From contig NC_010085.1 in the NCBI RefSeq assembly GCF_000018465.1, positions 1,560,001 to 1,592,000 of the forward strand: a DNA stretch of 32,000 nucleotides, written 5' to 3'. Each line of letters starts with the position of its first letter. Within the stretch, counting starts at the first letter, position 1. This document shows, piece after piece, positions 31,671 to 32,000 of the stretch. Under the pieces are notes generated by a model that was not told the DNA's origin, did not search any database, and was given only the letters and a program-made list of their open reading frames with translations. The stretch comes from Nitrosopumilus maritimus SCM1. Its GTDB lineage: Archaea; Thermoproteota; Nitrososphaeria; Nitrososphaerales; Nitrosopumilaceae. Made by a program: the position numbers and the translations under genes.

Positions 31671-32000
31671 TTGGAAGATAATTTTACTGAAGAAGAGAAA
31701 AAAGGATTCTACAAGGCAATTTATTCAAGAAGGGATGTAAGGTCTCATTTTACATCAAGGCCTATTGAAGATGAGGTTCTCTCAAAAATTCTTCATGCAG
31801 CACATCATGCACCATCTGTAGGATTCTCACAGCCATGGAATTTCATTCTGATAAAAGATATTGAAACAAAAAAGAAGATTAAAGCATCATTTGAAGAAGA
31901 AAAGAATCGTTCATCACAATTAGTAGAGGAGCCAAAGAGATCAAAGTATCTTTCATTCAAACTAGAAGGAATTTTAGAATCCCCGGTAAATTTGTGTGTA
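31671..32000 (+). CDS. bluB: BluB-like nitroreductase-family protein (5,6-dimethylbenzimidazole synthase-like), 3'-partial
   Basis: The TTG start follows an in-frame TAG directly. SRRDVRSHF and AAHHAPSVGFSQPWNFILIKD motifs. The ORF is open to the window end. Confidence 0.7.
   Translation, partial: MEDNFTEEEKKGFYKAIYSRRDVRSHFTSRPIEDEVLSKILHAAHHAPSVGFSQPWNFILIKDIETKKKIKASFEEEKNRSSQLVEEPKRSKYLSFKLEGILESPVNLCV

Noticed and set aside
1-32000. Search for a CRISPR array, cas operon, integrase/transposase, prophage or defence island (prompted by the Cas4-like gene and the tRNA).
   Set aside because: No direct-repeat or spacer periodicity was seen anywhere. No protein has recognisable integrase, transposase, TnpB, capsid or terminase motifs. 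The gene content is housekeeping and composition looks uniform by eye.

Overview
This is a visibly AT-rich (roughly one-third G+C by eye, not computed), very gene-dense archaeal chromosomal segment. I count about 43 protein-coding genes (two of them edge-truncated), one tRNA, no rRNA, no CRISPR array and no recognisable integrase, transposase or other mobile-element gene. The gene content points to a marine ammonia-oxidising thaumarchaeon (Nitrosopumilus-like): glycerol-1-phosphate dehydrogenase, archaeal pantoate kinase and phosphopantothenate synthetase, aCPSF1/FttA, proteasome beta, A-type ATPase subunit C, NadM-type NMNAT and BluB. That taxon call is an inference from gene content and composition, not a search result.

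Most of the window is core housekeeping:
- nucleotide metabolism (tmk, an HD hydrolase, pyrH)
- a CoA-biosynthesis cluster
- protein and RNA turnover
- lipid backbone synthesis

I found no convincing defence island or mobile element. The loci most worth a second look are:
1. A translationally chained FtsX/MacB-type ABC pair plus an anchored multi-beta-sandwich surface protein, with a TM coiled-coil protein next door (9248-12816). Its ATPase gene has no canonical start codon but does have GGAGG + 9 nt + CTG.
2. A solo Cas4-like 4-Cys protein with no CRISPR context (1983-2630).
3. Three small genes absent from the ORF track: a 36-aa GC-rich TM micro-protein, a 38-aa perfect C2H2 zinc finger, and a roughly 58-aa ORF split exactly at an (AAAC)4 repeat and start-coupled to coaBC.
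4. A tRNA-Val(GAC) with C instead of the near-universal U at position 33.

All functional calls come from motif recognition by eye. No database search was run.
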